Shown here one piece after another: positions 26,882-37,848 of a stretch of 64,000 nucleotides of DNA. Made by a program: the position numbers and the translations under genes. Location: IMG/VR virus record IMGVR_UViG_3300029930_000001, positions 10,935 to 74,934 of that record, one strand, 5' to 3'. The stretch comes from a virus (lineage: Duplodnaviria > Caudoviricetes). The notes under the pieces are model-generated. The model had not been told where the DNA came from, ran no database searches, and saw only the letters and a list, made by a program, of their open reading frames with translations. Each line of letters starts with the position of its first letter. Position 1 is the stretch's first letter.

Positions 26882-27264
26882 TGGCCAATTTCCCTTCGAT
26901 TAAACCTAGTTCCAGGAGCTATTCTCCTGGACAATTCCCAGTCAAAACCTACAGAGGACTGTCTGGTGCCGTTGTCAAAAGAGTGTTTGGCAATAGAGCT
27001 TATGGCCATACCATTGAACTGCAATTCAATAATATTTCTGACGCCAATACAAAGGACATTCTCGATCATTACTACGAACAAGGGGGGAGCTATCTTCGTT
27101 TTGCATTGCCAAATGAAATGTTTTCTGGCATAAACGACACTCTAAAGGGAGTGATACAGGCGCCTTCTAATATTTTGTGGGAATACGCAGAGCCTCCCAT
27201 AGTGGAAAGCGTATTCAATGGTAGAAGCAATGTTAGCGTAAGATTGATTGGGGAGCTTAATTAA
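26881..27264 (+). CDS. distal tail/minor tail protein
   Basis: Immediately after the tape measure gene. Confidence 0.55.
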   Translation: MANFPSIKPSSRSYSPGQFPVKTYRGLSGAVVKRVFGNRAYGHTIELQFNNISDANTKDILDHYYEQGGSYLRFALPNEMFSGINDTLKGVIQAPSNILWEYAEPPIVESVFNGRSNVSVRLIGELN

Positions 27265-27770
27265 TGGCTGAAATTATCATTGCTCATTTTGCCTCTCTTA
27301 CTACATCGTCTGGCAGCCAGCATTTATATCAAAATTTTTTCTATGGCACAGGAGGTTCTGCAGTGGCCATTCCTGGTGCAGGCGGGGAAGAATACGAATT
27401 TGCGCCATTTAGGGCGGAAGGCTCACTTGCATCGTTGAACGGAGATAATGCACCGTTGCGCCTTTTGTTTCCGCATAGTGCATTTACTATCGCATTAGTG
27501 GAGGAAGGCAATGGCAATAGGCTTAGCCAGCTTGGCCTTAAAACAGTTTGGCTTGGCAATGCTGGAAACCTTGCTGCTTATGAAGATTATTCATTGGTGG
27601 CGTTGTACGAGGAATATTATGTGGGGGTGGGTGCATCGTTTGACGATACCACTGTTGAACTGCGCTTTAGAAGTGCCATGGATAGTGTAGGGGCTTCATT
27701 CCCAAGGCGCACTTTCAATACAACGAATGTGGGTATTTTGCCAGTAAACGCAGAGATTGCACTGCGTTAA
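27264..27770 (+). CDS. minor tail protein (gpL-like position)
   Basis: Synteny; FPRR motif. Confidence 0.5.
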   Translation: MAEIIIAHFASLTTSSGSQHLYQNFFYGTGGSAVAIPGAGGEEYEFAPFRAEGSLASLNGDNAPLRLLFPHSAFTIALVEEGNGNRLSQLGLKTVWLGNAGNLAAYEDYSLVALYEEYYVGVGASFDDTTVELRFRSAMDSVGASFPRRTFNTTNVGILPVNAEIALR

Positions 27771-28153
27771 TGAACGACTTAGTTGGGCTGCAATATAAAT
27801 GGGGGGCCAATCCAGACGTAGAACATGGATTCACTGATTGCTTTCAATTGTTTTGCGCGGCAAGGCGAAGGCTCGGGCTATATGACTATGGCGAAGATTT
27901 TTCTTTTGCCTACAAAGAATACAATGAAGAATCGTTTCGTTTTGCGCGAATGGCGAGATGGATGTTGAGCAATGCAAGGGAAATTGACAATCCTCGGCCG
28001 GGATGTTTAGCAATGATGAAAGGGCGGGCGGCATTAGCTACAATGACCCCTGACGCTATTATTTGCATTGCGCCAAAAGGGCGTAGTGTTAAGATACCAC
28101 TAGCTTCTAGACAGCATAATTTGCGCTGGTTTTGCCCGAAGAAAGATGCGTAA
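27770..28153 (+). CDS. NlpC/P60-like tail assembly protein (gpK-like)
   Basis: LVGLQY.WG.......DC.QL with catalytic Cys. Confidence 0.6.
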   Translation: MNDLVGLQYKWGANPDVEHGFTDCFQLFCAARRRLGLYDYGEDFSFAYKEYNEESFRFARMARWMLSNAREIDNPRPGCLAMMKGRAALATMTPDAIICIAPKGRSVKIPLASRQHNLRWFCPKKDA

Positions 28154-31100
28154 GCTTTTACCGTATGAGCATCAATTAATTGAGGCCCTTGATATTACGG
28201 AAGAAGAGTATTGGCAATTTTGCCTTACGCGAGATAAATATGCGGACGTAAAGGTTGGGACAATTTACGACATTAGGAACGAACCACTTAGTACTATCGC
28301 CCTTGTGTTGTCTATTGTTGGAACAATCGCGCAGGTGGCGGCTGCATTATTGGCGCCTCGCCCAGATGTCCCATCGGCGGCAAATGCACGCCGTAGTCGT
28401 AACACTGCTTTTGCGCCACGTTATGGTTTTAATTCTTTTCAGGAAGTGGCACGCTATGGCGACCCGGTTAACTTGGTCTACACCAACACTAAAGATAATA
28501 GCGCGGGCGGATTAAGGGTGAACACATCTTTGGTCTGGTCTGCAGTGCAAAGTTTTGGCACAAGCCAGTTCATTCAAATGCTCGCAGTAGTTGGAGCTGG
28601 AGACATTGAGCTTTTTGATTACCAAAAGACGGCATTTGGCCAGGCCGTGCTTGAAGATTTTGCCACGCAACGGTATTGGTTATACGCAAAAGAACAAAGC
28701 GGACTCTTAGCCTTTGGCGACTTAAAAAAGGGGGACGGAGTTCGCGATCCTAGTTACGACGGGCAAGGGGCTAATGGCTATGTGTATCAAGTTAAGATTG
28801 CAGGTCGACAAGCGGAGGAAGGGTTTAGTCAAGCTTTTTCACCATCGGCAAATAATACTCTCGGTTTATACGGAGTGGTGCCAATCAATGTGCGCGTAAT
28901 TGAACGAAATGAAAAAGGTTATGTCGACAAAGGAGGAAAAGATGATTTGGGAGTGTATATCACAGAAAGCCAGAGAAGCATCTATTGGCCAAATGATTGG
29001 ATAGCAGTTATTGGGGACAGGCCTTTATTCCCAGCGGAACGGGAAATAGAGATTGTCTTTAAGGAAGACGATGAAAAAATTGACGCTGATGCCGAATATG
29101 CGGCATTGGACTACAGAACGGCTCTTGTTTCTACGATTGACTCGGCAAGTTTATACAAAATTGGAGCTGCGAAGTTTCAACTCGTCAACGCTCAAGGCGC
29201 GAATGCATTAAAAGGCCCCGCCAGAAAAAGAGCAAAGATCAGTGCCGGTATTTACACTTTTAAATGTATCGAGCCCGGTGTTTTATGTGAAGAGGACTAT
29301 GACATCAGGAATTACCAGGCAAAAGAAGACGATCTAAACAGTGATTTGACTATATTAAATGACAGACTTGCGGCTTTGACCATTGAAGGGGAAGCCCTTA
29401 AGACTGATTATCAATACAAGGGGCCTGGTGCCGAGCTCATTGAGCAATATGATCAAGAGTTGGAAAGAATCTCCGACTTTCTCACGGCGAGCGATGCCAT
29501 CTTGAAAGGAGACATTTCCAGGCAATCTCTTTATGATGTGGTTAAAGAGGCGAATGAATTCAAGGGACTAACAAATAAGATTGATGGCGTAGAGGAACAG
29601 ATCAAGATAAAAGAAGATCGCATCTCTGAGCTAGAGGATGAAATCGCGGAACTAAGAGCGCAAGATCCACCAGATACTGATGCCATCGCGGACAAGCGAC
29701 AGCGCAAGAAGGATCGCATTGCTGATAAGCGTCGTCTGCGGCAAGAGCGTCGCGAGCTATTCGCTCAGCTCACTGCAAAAGTTATTGAGGAAGGCTTATA
29801 TGATGAGCGTAAAGGGACTAATTTGCGTGAGGAAAGGAAAAAAGCAAGGAGAGACAGAGAAAAGATTAAGACGAAACGGAGTAAAATTGCCTCTGAAGTG
29901 ACAAGAGATTATGATGCAGAAAATGCTCTTCTTGCTGAGTGGCAGGGCAGGTATGATGAAACGACTGCTCAAATTCAAGAAATTGAAAAGCGCCTACGTG
30001 ACAAGGAAACTTTCAATGATCACTTTAATGTAAAATGCTTAGCAAAGGTAGACGAGATTTCCTATGGTACGCTGACAAATTGCGACATTGTAAACTTCTC
30101 CCTTAAATCAAAAATTTTCAAGCGTATTGCCGGTCGTCAAAGTAAATACGGAGAAACAAGCTCTGACGGCCATAAAGACGCTGACAATGGCCTGCGCTTG
30201 CGTACAGCCATGTTTTGGGTGTTGTATAAAGAGACAGAGTCAAATGGTGACTACATTCGCGTGCCAGCAGTGTTTGCCATCCGCAAAGGCGTAGAAACGG
30301 ACAACTATACGGATATTCGCTTTGTTTTTAACAAAAGAACAAAATGGAGCTTCAAGATGGAGCCCATTGTTGACTTATCCGCAGAACTGCGCACCCACAA
30401 TAATGGAAACGATATTGATGTGATTTATTTGGAAACAAAAAGCTATAAAAATACGCAGAAAAAAGGAGAATTTAGCCTAAAAGGAAGTGACGGTTTTATT
30501 GCCTATCACGGCCAGGACCCCTTAAGCACAGTCGATCGCCTACCTCCTCGAAACAATAATCCAGCCTTTGTTGACGAATGGGGCGTTTTTTCTATGCGTT
30601 CTGACACGCAAATTACTTTTTCTTTTGATGCGGGACCAGAGATTTCGCTGGCGGCAGTAACAGAGCAGCAAAGGGAGCCATTTTCAGACACTTTATATGG
30701 AAGCATGTCAATGCTTGGTTTCAATGCCTATAGCGGAAAGGGCGTGCAGGATTTGCGTTCGCTAAGTGCATTTGTTCTTAAAGGAAAAAAAGTGAGGAGA
30801 GTGAATGCTGATGGTTCGTATGACACGACTGCCATGGAATCAACAAGCTATGCCCCTGAAATCTTTTTTGATACCATCGTTGATGAAGTGAATGGTATTG
30901 GAGCCTATGCAAATATTGCGGGAGTGGATATGGAGCGACTTGGCAAGGCTAAATTATTCTGCAAAAAGAATAGCTATTACATGGACTGCGTGATTGCAGA
31001 GCCGCAATCTTGGCGTGAGTTTTGGACGACAGTTGCGCCCTATTCACTGCTTGAATTTGCAAAGATTGGAGGAAAGGAAACCCTTTTTCCGGCGGTACCA

Positions 31101-31862
31101 TTTGACGTGTATGGCAACATTACCAATGAAGTGAGTATTTCGGCACTGTTCAATCAAGGCAACATATTAGAAGGTACATACAAAGAAGAGTTTATTGATT
31201 ACGGAGACAACACCGAAGACTTGTTGGCCACAATCATTTATCGTGACACTGAATCGGACAAGTCATTTCCAGGCAATACAAGCGTGCAACTTCGACTGGC
31301 GGACTCTAACGAGGCATTTTGTATTAGGCAGTCTTTTGACTTGTCCAATTACGTTTCTCGTCGCACTCAAGCCATTCATTACGGCATGCTACTTTGCCAG
31401 CAGCGCCGCCATTCCAAGCGGGCCGTTGAATTTAAAACGTTTCCAACGGAAAGCCCCGTTGAACCTGGCAGTTATATTTATGTGCAAACAGACCAAAACG
31501 AATGGGATAATTTAAGGACCGGCAAGGTTGAGCAAGGTGGTATTATCAATTTGCCTATAGCAGAGCCTATTCAAGGCGGAAATTTTGACGCGCTACTTTA
31601 CAAGGGATCCGCTGGGGTGGTCAAACTGTCTAATATTGCTATCAACAACAATCAAAGCAATAGCCTAATTGACTACACTGATTACTTAATTGTCCTTGGT
31701 ACTGCCATTACTAGCAAGCGCGTATTCCGGGTGAGTGAAGTTGCAATGGAGGAAGAAGGGGAAGTGTCAATCAAGGCAATGGAGCACCCATGTAGCGAGG
31801 AAGACGGGAAAACGATTTCGCGCATTGTTCAATTTGATGAGCAACTTTTCCAAATAGACTAA
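28146..31862 (+). CDS. tail tip/central hub protein (gpJ-like) with coiled-coil insertion
   Basis: 1238 aa; N-terminal gpI-like segment, RYG.PV.LVY, LFNQGNI.EG.Y.EE. Confidence 0.7.
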   Translation: MRKLLPYEHQLIEALDITEEEYWQFCLTRDKYADVKVGTIYDIRNEPLSTIALVLSIVGTIAQVAAALLAPRPDVPSAANARRSRNTAFAPRYGFNSFQEVARYGDPVNLVYTNTKDNSAGGLRVNTSLVWSAVQSFGTSQFIQMLAVVGAGDIELFDYQKTAFGQAVLEDFATQRYWLYAKEQSGLLAFGDLKKGDGVRDPSYDGQGANGYVYQVKIAGRQAEEGFSQAFSPSANNTLGLYGVVPINVRVIERNEKGYVDKGGKDDLGVYITESQRSIYWPNDWIAVIGDRPLFPAEREIEIVFKEDDEKIDADAEYAALDYRTALVSTIDSASLYKIGAAKFQLVNAQGANALKGPARKRAKISAGIYTFKCIEPGVLCEEDYDIRNYQAKEDDLNSDLTILNDRLAALTIEGEALKTDYQYKGPGAELIEQYDQELERISDFLTASDAILKGDISRQSLYDVVKEANEFKGLTNKIDGVEEQIKIKEDRISELEDEIAELRAQDPPDTDAIADKRQRKKDRIADKRRLRQERRELFAQLTAKVIEEGLYDERKGTNLREERKKARRDREKIKTKRSKIASEVTRDYDAENALLAEWQGRYDETTAQIQEIEKRLRDKETFNDHFNVKCLAKVDEISYGTLTNCDIVNFSLKSKIFKRIAGRQSKYGETSSDGHKDADNGLRLRTAMFWVLYKETESNGDYIRVPAVFAIRKGVETDNYTDIRFVFNKRTKWSFKMEPIVDLSAELRTHNNGNDIDVIYLETKSYKNTQKKGEFSLKGSDGFIAYHGQDPLSTVDRLPPRNNNPAFVDEWGVFSMRSDTQITFSFDAGPEISLAAVTEQQREPFSDTLYGSMSMLGFNAYSGKGVQDLRSLSAFVLKGKKVRRVNADGSYDTTAMESTSYAPEIFFDTIVDEVNGIGAYANIAGVDMERLGKAKLFCKKNSYYMDCVIAEPQSWREFWTTVAPYSLLEFAKIGGKETLFPAVPFDVYGNITNEVSISALFNQGNILEGTYKEEFIDYGDNTEDLLATIIYRDTESDKSFPGNTSVQLRLADSNEAFCIRQSFDLSNYVSRRTQAIHYGMLLCQQRRHSKRAVEFKTFPTESPVEPGSYIYVQTDQNEWDNLRTGKVEQGGIINLPIAEPIQGGNFDALLYKGSAGVVKLSNIAINNNQSNSLIDYTDYLIVLGTAITSKRVFRVSEVAMEEEGEVSIKAMEHPCSEEDGKTISRIVQFDEQLFQID

Positions 31863-31894
31863 GCTGTTAGCATGTTGACAAACGAGACTTAACC

Positions 31895-32311
31895 ATGCCT
31901 TTTTATACTGGCCGCTCTGGCAAATTAAAACTTAACGGCACGGAAATGGTCAAGGTGAGAGACTGGAGCCTTGACACTGGCGTGGAAACCCTTGAGACAA
32001 CCACGCTTGGAGACACGGCCAAAACTTATGTGCATGGGCTATTTAGCGCTACCGGCAGCGCTAATTTGTCTTATTACACGGGGACCAGTAACGGCGTAGT
32101 CAGTCTGCTTTCTCGCATTGCAAAAACAAGCGAAATCTCTGAAAACGATAAAGTGGAGCTTACTTTTGAAGTGGGCGCTGATCAATACTTTACGGCCAAT
32201 GCCATCATCAATAGCGCGAGCATTGCCGTATCAACAGACGAACTAACCACTGCATCGTTTCAATTTACGATCGATGGTCCGTTGATTACTGTGCAAACAT
32301 CGGGGTCTTAA
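31895..32311 (+). CDS. tail tube-like protein
   Basis: W.LD...ETLETT.LGD.....GL..ATGS tube-protein pattern. Confidence 0.6.
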   Translation: MPFYTGRSGKLKLNGTEMVKVRDWSLDTGVETLETTTLGDTAKTYVHGLFSATGSANLSYYTGTSNGVVSLLSRIAKTSEISENDKVELTFEVGADQYFTANAIINSASIAVSTDELTTASFQFTIDGPLITVQTSGS

Positions 32312-32316
32312 TTTCA

Positions 32317-33231
32317 ATGACTTTTTTCGTTGGACACACTGGCATTGTTCGCTTACGCAGAAGAAGCGCAGAGGAAATTACGCTGCGAACCAGCGTTGAA
32401 CAAGACGAAGTTAATCAAATTTTGAATCGCTTTAGTTTTGCAAATAGCGAAGACAATTTACTCACCGGGGATCAAGTGGAAATTACCACTAGCGACCCGC
32501 GCAAGCTTGCGTTTATAGACGCGACGGCATGGCCAACTGCTTTACAAGTGCAACCAAGACTAAGGGCTTATGTCAATGTAAACGCCATCGGCGCTGTGCG
32601 ATTGTACGATGCCTTTGTGGATGCTATCAATAATAACCGGGAGAATGAAATTCAACTCAATCCCTCATTTGGAAGCCCAATAGACATTGAGCTTGTTGTC
32701 AGGGATAATGCGTATAATTCTCTTGGAAGTGTCATTTCTTATGAAATCAACACCGACCGTGCCGCCATTGAAACAACCAGCCTTTCCGATGCTTTCCGCA
32801 ATCAACACGCGGCGGGACTTATAAGTGGAAGCGGAAGCATTGAATGTTTGTTCAATGTAGGAGCGATTTCAAACAAAGCGGAAGAACCCGCGTTATTTTT
32901 ATTGCAAACGATTCAGCGATTGGACGTCGGTAGTGAATTAAGCCTATTGCTTTCTTTGTCTCCAGTAGAAGAGTCTCGCGACTTAAGAGTGTTTGCCGCG
33001 TCGCAAAATGAAGTGTTTTATGAAATGCAGGCAGTAATAACGCGGGCTGGTGTGACAGTTAATTCAGACGCCATTGTTTCTTGTTCCATTGATTTTTTAA
33101 CTACCGGCCCATTTAAGGTGAAGATTGGCATACCTAATGATTATGTACTAAAAGAAGACGATGATCTCATTGAAACAGAAGAAAACCAAGAAACCGGACT
33201 TGGCTTCTTGTTGCAGGAAGTCACCGATTGA
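32317..33231 (+). CDS. tail protein with C-terminal tube-like domain
   Basis: YEINT....IETTSLSD......GL.SGSGS aligns with the previous ORF. Confidence 0.55.
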   Translation: MTFFVGHTGIVRLRRRSAEEITLRTSVEQDEVNQILNRFSFANSEDNLLTGDQVEITTSDPRKLAFIDATAWPTALQVQPRLRAYVNVNAIGAVRLYDAFVDAINNNRENEIQLNPSFGSPIDIELVVRDNAYNSLGSVISYEINTDRAAIETTSLSDAFRNQHAAGLISGSGSIECLFNVGAISNKAEEPALFLLQTIQRLDVGSELSLLLSLSPVEESRDLRVFAASQNEVFYEMQAVITRAGVTVNSDAIVSCSIDFLTTGPFKVKIGIPNDYVLKEDDDLIETEENQETGLGFLLQEVTD

Positions 33232-33278
33232 TTTAGCTAGTATTAGCTGTAGCATATCGAATATAGCGCTGTACTGGC

Positions 33279-36128
33279 ATGGCCGACCAAAGAATTTCAG
33301 AACTGTTTGAAATTACGAGCAGTGGCGTTGCGGCTGAAGACGTACTGCCTATTGTTGACACAAGTGTTAGTCAAACGAAGAAAACGACAGCTAAAAACCT
33401 AGCGGAAGCCGGGTTTCGTTTAGCCAGTAACGCGACGTTAGATATTGCAAAAATCGACCAAAACAGCGCGACAAAAATAAGTTCAGTTGCAATTGCTAGT
33501 GGTGCTATTACAGAGCCAAAATTGGGCTCTTTGTCTGTCGCATCTGGTGCATTGCAAGATGGAGCAGTTACTACTGTCAAACTTGCTGATTCTGGCGTTA
33601 CAACAATTAAAGTTGCCAGTGGGGCTATTACTGGCGCGAAAATCGCAGCCTTAACGATTGAGTCCGGCAATGTAGCGAACGGGGCCATTGGTACCAATCA
33701 ATTAGCGGCCAGTGGAATTACTACCGTCAAAATGGCGGATAATGTCGTCACTTTTGCCAAAATTCAGCAAGTTGCAACGGATGTTTTAATTGGCCGATCA
33801 TCTGCTGGTAGCGGCAACATTGAAACCATTGCTCTTACTTCCGCCGGCCGTGCTCTTTTGGACGACGCTGATGCAGCGGCTCAACGATCTACGCTTGGCC
33901 TAGGCAATATCGCCCTGGCTAGTGGCACTTGGTCTAACGGCTCTAGCGTGAGCGGAACGAATACTGGCGACCAAACCATTGTCTTGAGCGGTGTAGTCAA
34001 TGGTACAGGAACCACGGGGATTAATACAAGTTTTGTAGACGGAACAGTTAACACTGCTGCTCTAGCAAGCGCCAGTGTTACAACAGCAAAAATTGCAGAC
34101 GATGCTATCACTGCAGATAAACTGGCGGACGATAGCTCAACAATTGTTGCCACGACAACGCCTGCTAGTGGCAGCTTTGAAGGGCAAGGCTTTTTTAATA
34201 GCAGCACTAAACAGCATTTTGTATGGGATGGGGCTAGCTGGTCTGAGAGTTCAGAAGTGGCATCCTTTGCCTTTGCCGTGGCTTCTGGCGTTAGCTCACC
34301 ATTGACTTTGGCTGGTTCAGTAGCCAGTAAAACAGCAACAATCACGCAAGATTTAAATACACAAGCGGCGAATCGTTTCTTTGCTGGACCTACCACCGGT
34401 GTAGATGCAAAGCCTACATTTCGGGCTATTGACACTTCAGATTTACCATTGGCTACAGCGTCTACCGTCGGTATTGTTAGGCCTGGCAGTGGCTTAACAA
34501 TTTTTGCGAATGGCGTTATTGATCACAACACATCTGTCGCCTCGGGCACCTATTATCGCGTGACCATTGATGGCAACGGTCATGTAACTGGAGGCACAAA
34601 TGTTTTAGTGGCTTCAGACATCCCAAGTCTTGATGCCAGCAAGATTAACACTGGTAGCTTTAGTAGTGCATACATTGCGGATGATGCAATTATTTCTTCA
34701 AAAGTGGCAGATCGAGTGGTTTGTCAATTTGGAGAAAGTCGTCCCGCTGCGGGTGATTTTGTTGGTCAGTTTTTCTATGATCCAATCAATCGCGATACTT
34801 ACGTTTGGGACTCCAACGTTTGGCAAGAGATTAGTGTAACTGCTGGCGCCATTGTCCTTGCTGGTTTATACAACGCAACGACCAATCGAATTACAGCGCT
34901 AACGGGAGCTGGGGCAGCAGTTTCTGGTTTAACAGTTTCTGGCGTCATTCCGACGGCTTCAAGCGGAAATAGCGGCTACTACTTTTTGGTAACAACAAGC
35001 GGAGTGGGAAGTGGCAATGCGCCAAACACGGCGTTGGTACCTCCTGATTTGATTATTTCCAATGGAAGCGCTTGGTATGAAGTGGATGTTAGCAGTTCCT
35101 ATGTGAGCCAAAACGCGGCAAGCATTTCTTTCACTCCATCGGGAGAAGTGAGCGCCACTAATGTGCAAGCTGCAATCACTGAAGTGAGCAGTGAATGCAG
35201 AAATGCAGACAATATTACGAGCGGCACGTTGGCCGTCGCAAGAGGAGGGACAAGTTATGCGTCCTATACGAAGGGAGACATCATTGTTGCATCGGGGACA
35301 ACTGTTCTTTCCAAGCTGTCTGTTGGGGCAAATGGGCGGGTCTTAACTGCTGATTCCACGGCTGCGTTAGGTGTGAAGTGGGAAACCGCTACAAATGGAA
35401 CAGTAACAACAGTCAGTGGTGTAAGCCCATTAAGCGTGGTCAATCCTACGACTACTCCAGTTATTAGCGTCGCCGCAGCCACCACCTCTGCAGCGGGCGT
35501 GGTTCAGCTTTCTGATAGCACCAATACCACGAGTAGTGCAATAGCAGCAACGAGTACAGCAGTCAAGAGCGCCTACGATTTAGCAAATGCAGCACTGCCT
35601 AAAACTGGTGGCACGATTACAGGTAATTTAACGGTATCCGGTCTTACCGTATCGCAGAATTTACAAGTGACTGGTAGCGGCATTCCTGCTAATGGAATGT
35701 ATTTGCCATCATCTAATACGCTTTCTTTTTCGACAAACAGTTCTCAGCGAATGACAATTGCCAGCGACGGCAAGATTGGCTTGAATCAGGCTTCGCCTGT
35801 CACCACTGTCGATTTAGCTGGCGCTTATTCTTCAAATGTGGTAGCTGTTGCAGCCTTGAATATTGACTGCAGCCTTGGTAATTATTTCACGAAGACTATT
35901 AGTGCCAATAGCACCTTTACAATATCCAATGTTCCGGCTTCTCGGGCATACGCATTTACAATTGAAGTGACTCATACAACGGGGACTATCACATGGTTTA
36001 GCGGAGTGGAATGGCCTGGAGGTCTTGCCCCGTCATTGACCACAGGGAAAACACATTTGTTTACGTTTGTGACAGATGATGGTGGCAGCAGGTGGCGCGG
36101 CTCAGCTTTAACTAACTATACGAATTGA
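33279..36128 (+). CDS. long tail fibre protein
   Basis: VT.AKIA repeats, LPLAT...GIV, AATT..AG.VQL repeats; S/T/G/A-rich. Confidence 0.8.
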   Translation: MADQRISELFEITSSGVAAEDVLPIVDTSVSQTKKTTAKNLAEAGFRLASNATLDIAKIDQNSATKISSVAIASGAITEPKLGSLSVASGALQDGAVTTVKLADSGVTTIKVASGAITGAKIAALTIESGNVANGAIGTNQLAASGITTVKMADNVVTFAKIQQVATDVLIGRSSAGSGNIETIALTSAGRALLDDADAAAQRSTLGLGNIALASGTWSNGSSVSGTNTGDQTIVLSGVVNGTGTTGINTSFVDGTVNTAALASASVTTAKIADDAITADKLADDSSTIVATTTPASGSFEGQGFFNSSTKQHFVWDGASWSESSEVASFAFAVASGVSSPLTLAGSVASKTATITQDLNTQAANRFFAGPTTGVDAKPTFRAIDTSDLPLATASTVGIVRPGSGLTIFANGVIDHNTSVASGTYYRVTIDGNGHVTGGTNVLVASDIPSLDASKINTGSFSSAYIADDAIISSKVADRVVCQFGESRPAAGDFVGQFFYDPINRDTYVWDSNVWQEISVTAGAIVLAGLYNATTNRITALTGAGAAVSGLTVSGVIPTASSGNSGYYFLVTTSGVGSGNAPNTALVPPDLIISNGSAWYEVDVSSSYVSQNAASISFTPSGEVSATNVQAAITEVSSECRNADNITSGTLAVARGGTSYASYTKGDIIVASGTTVLSKLSVGANGRVLTADSTAALGVKWETATNGTVTTVSGVSPLSVVNPTTTPVISVAAATTSAAGVVQLSDSTNTTSSAIAATSTAVKSAYDLANAALPKTGGTITGNLTVSGLTVSQNLQVTGSGIPANGMYLPSSNTLSFSTNSSQRMTIASDGKIGLNQASPVTTVDLAGAYSSNVVAVAALNIDCSLGNYFTKTISANSTFTISNVPASRAYAFTIEVTHTTGTITWFSGVEWPGGLAPSLTTGKTHLFTFVTDDGGSRWRGSALTNYTN

Positions 36129-36129
36129 C

Positions 36130-37359
36130 ATGGACAGGTTAAATTCCGCATTACTTTTTAGCGGAGGATCTCAGCAATATTGGCATGCGCTAGCTGGGAC
36201 CGCCTCAACTGAATCGGCCACCGCCATTGCTGTTGATCCTTCTCTGTCTGTCTATGTGGGCAGCAGTACGGGCGTTATTGCCTGTTACGACAGGTTTGGA
36301 ACGCTGCAATGGCAACGGCGGGTAATTGGAGCAGGATCGGCTAAGGGGATGTTTGCCAGGAGCGACGCTTTGTACATTGCTTTCCAAGAGAAAATTGTCA
36401 AATATAGTTACGACGGAGTTTTGCAGTGGTCGCGATATATAGGCATTAACTATTCTTTCTTTGGGATGGCTGGTTTATATTCTGGCAGTACTGGTTTTTA
36501 CGTGGCATTCAACGACAATTCATCTGGCCCAGATGCCATTTCAATTCTCAAGATTAATAGCAGTGGTAGTCTTGTATGGCAGAAGAGGCTGTCCGACACA
36601 TTGTACGCAGCAGATGGCTTTTTCACTTATTCCGGTGTTGCAGTTGGCTCGGATGACAGCTTGTTCTTAACGGGAAGATCTAGCTCTCCATCCACTCCAT
36701 CGTTGCTTGCGGCAAAACTCTCGCCTGGAGGATCACTACTGTGGATTAAGGCGTATACCAATGTCACGGGCGTAGCAGTGGCAGTTGACCAATCTGGAAG
36801 TTCTTATTTCTTAGGGGACACATCAAGCAATGGAGACGTGGTGCTAATCAAGCTTAATTCAAGCGGCACGCAAACATTTCAGTATAGATTTGGGGGTTCT
36901 TCCACTGTAGAGAATGCCATTGATATTGCAATTGATTCAAGGGGCACTCCATTGTTTATTGCGAATAGCGGAAGTTTTGCTTATTTAGTGAAGCTAGTCC
37001 TTGCTCAGTCATCAATGGAATGGCAAAAAACAATTGACTTTGCAGGAACCGGCAACACTCGTTTTTATTCTGCAGCATTGGATGCACAGGATAATATTTA
37101 CATTGCCGGAGATACGGACGTATCCTCACTTTCGCAGGGGCTTTATGACATGGCAACCATTAAGCTTCCTACCACTTCCTCTCCAAGTAATGGTATTGTT
37201 AATAATTTAGACATTTCCAGTGGAGGGCGAACTTTCACCACTTCTACGTTCACTTCTTCTACACCTCCATTCCTTGTTTCCACTCCTTCTTTTACATTGC
37301 TTGACGCAGGCTTAACAGACGAAGCCGGCACGCTTGTTTCTACCACTTGGCGACGATAA
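36130..37359 (+). CDS. beta-propeller protein (SBBP-like), probable receptor-binding tip
   Basis: Repeated AIAVD..G..Y / K...SG...WQK blades. Confidence 0.65.
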   Translation: MDRLNSALLFSGGSQQYWHALAGTASTESATAIAVDPSLSVYVGSSTGVIACYDRFGTLQWQRRVIGAGSAKGMFARSDALYIAFQEKIVKYSYDGVLQWSRYIGINYSFFGMAGLYSGSTGFYVAFNDNSSGPDAISILKINSSGSLVWQKRLSDTLYAADGFFTYSGVAVGSDDSLFLTGRSSSPSTPSLLAAKLSPGGSLLWIKAYTNVTGVAVAVDQSGSSYFLGDTSSNGDVVLIKLNSSGTQTFQYRFGGSSTVENAIDIAIDSRGTPLFIANSGSFAYLVKLVLAQSSMEWQKTIDFAGTGNTRFYSAALDAQDNIYIAGDTDVSSLSQGLYDMATIKLPTTSSPSNGIVNNLDISSGGRTFTTSTFTSSTPPFLVSTPSFTLLDAGLTDEAGTLVSTTWRR

Positions 37360-37796
37360 TGTATGCATTGGTTAACGATGGGAAAGTAGTTGAATATCCA
37401 CTTTCCGAAGGAGACATTAAGCATCGTTTTGCGAATACAAGCTTTGAAAGTCCATTCAAGCCTCCAAGCGGATTTGTCTTGGTAGCAGATAGTCCAAGGC
37501 CCATCCTTGATTATGCGAGAGAGGCCAAAGAAGGAGAACCTTGTTTTATTGATGGTCAATTAACGAGGACCTGGGAAATCTATCAACTGCCTAAGGAGGA
37601 AGTCCAAAAGCGTTTGAGACAAAAAACGGAAGAAGTGAGAGCGGATAGAAATCGTAAGCTTATGGCTACAGACTGGACCCAGCTAGTAGATGCTCCTGTT
37701 GATAAAGAAAAATGGGCAAAGTATAGGCAAGAGTTGCGAAATCTTTCAAGGCAAGAGGGGTTTCCATGGGATGTGAAATGGCCCGTGATGCCTTGA
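37359..37796 (+). CDS. tail fibre assembly chaperone
   Basis: VRADRN.KL..TDWTQL.DAP....W..YRQ.LR.L..Q.GFPW...WP. Confidence 0.85.
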   Translation: MYALVNDGKVVEYPLSEGDIKHRFANTSFESPFKPPSGFVLVADSPRPILDYAREAKEGEPCFIDGQLTRTWEIYQLPKEEVQKRLRQKTEEVRADRNRKLMATDWTQLVDAPVDKEKWAKYRQELRNLSRQEGFPWDVKWPVMP

Positions 37797-37848
37797 CTGT
37801 ATTGAGCGCTTGTTATTTGTAGAATAAAATTTCTGGGGCAAGCATATC

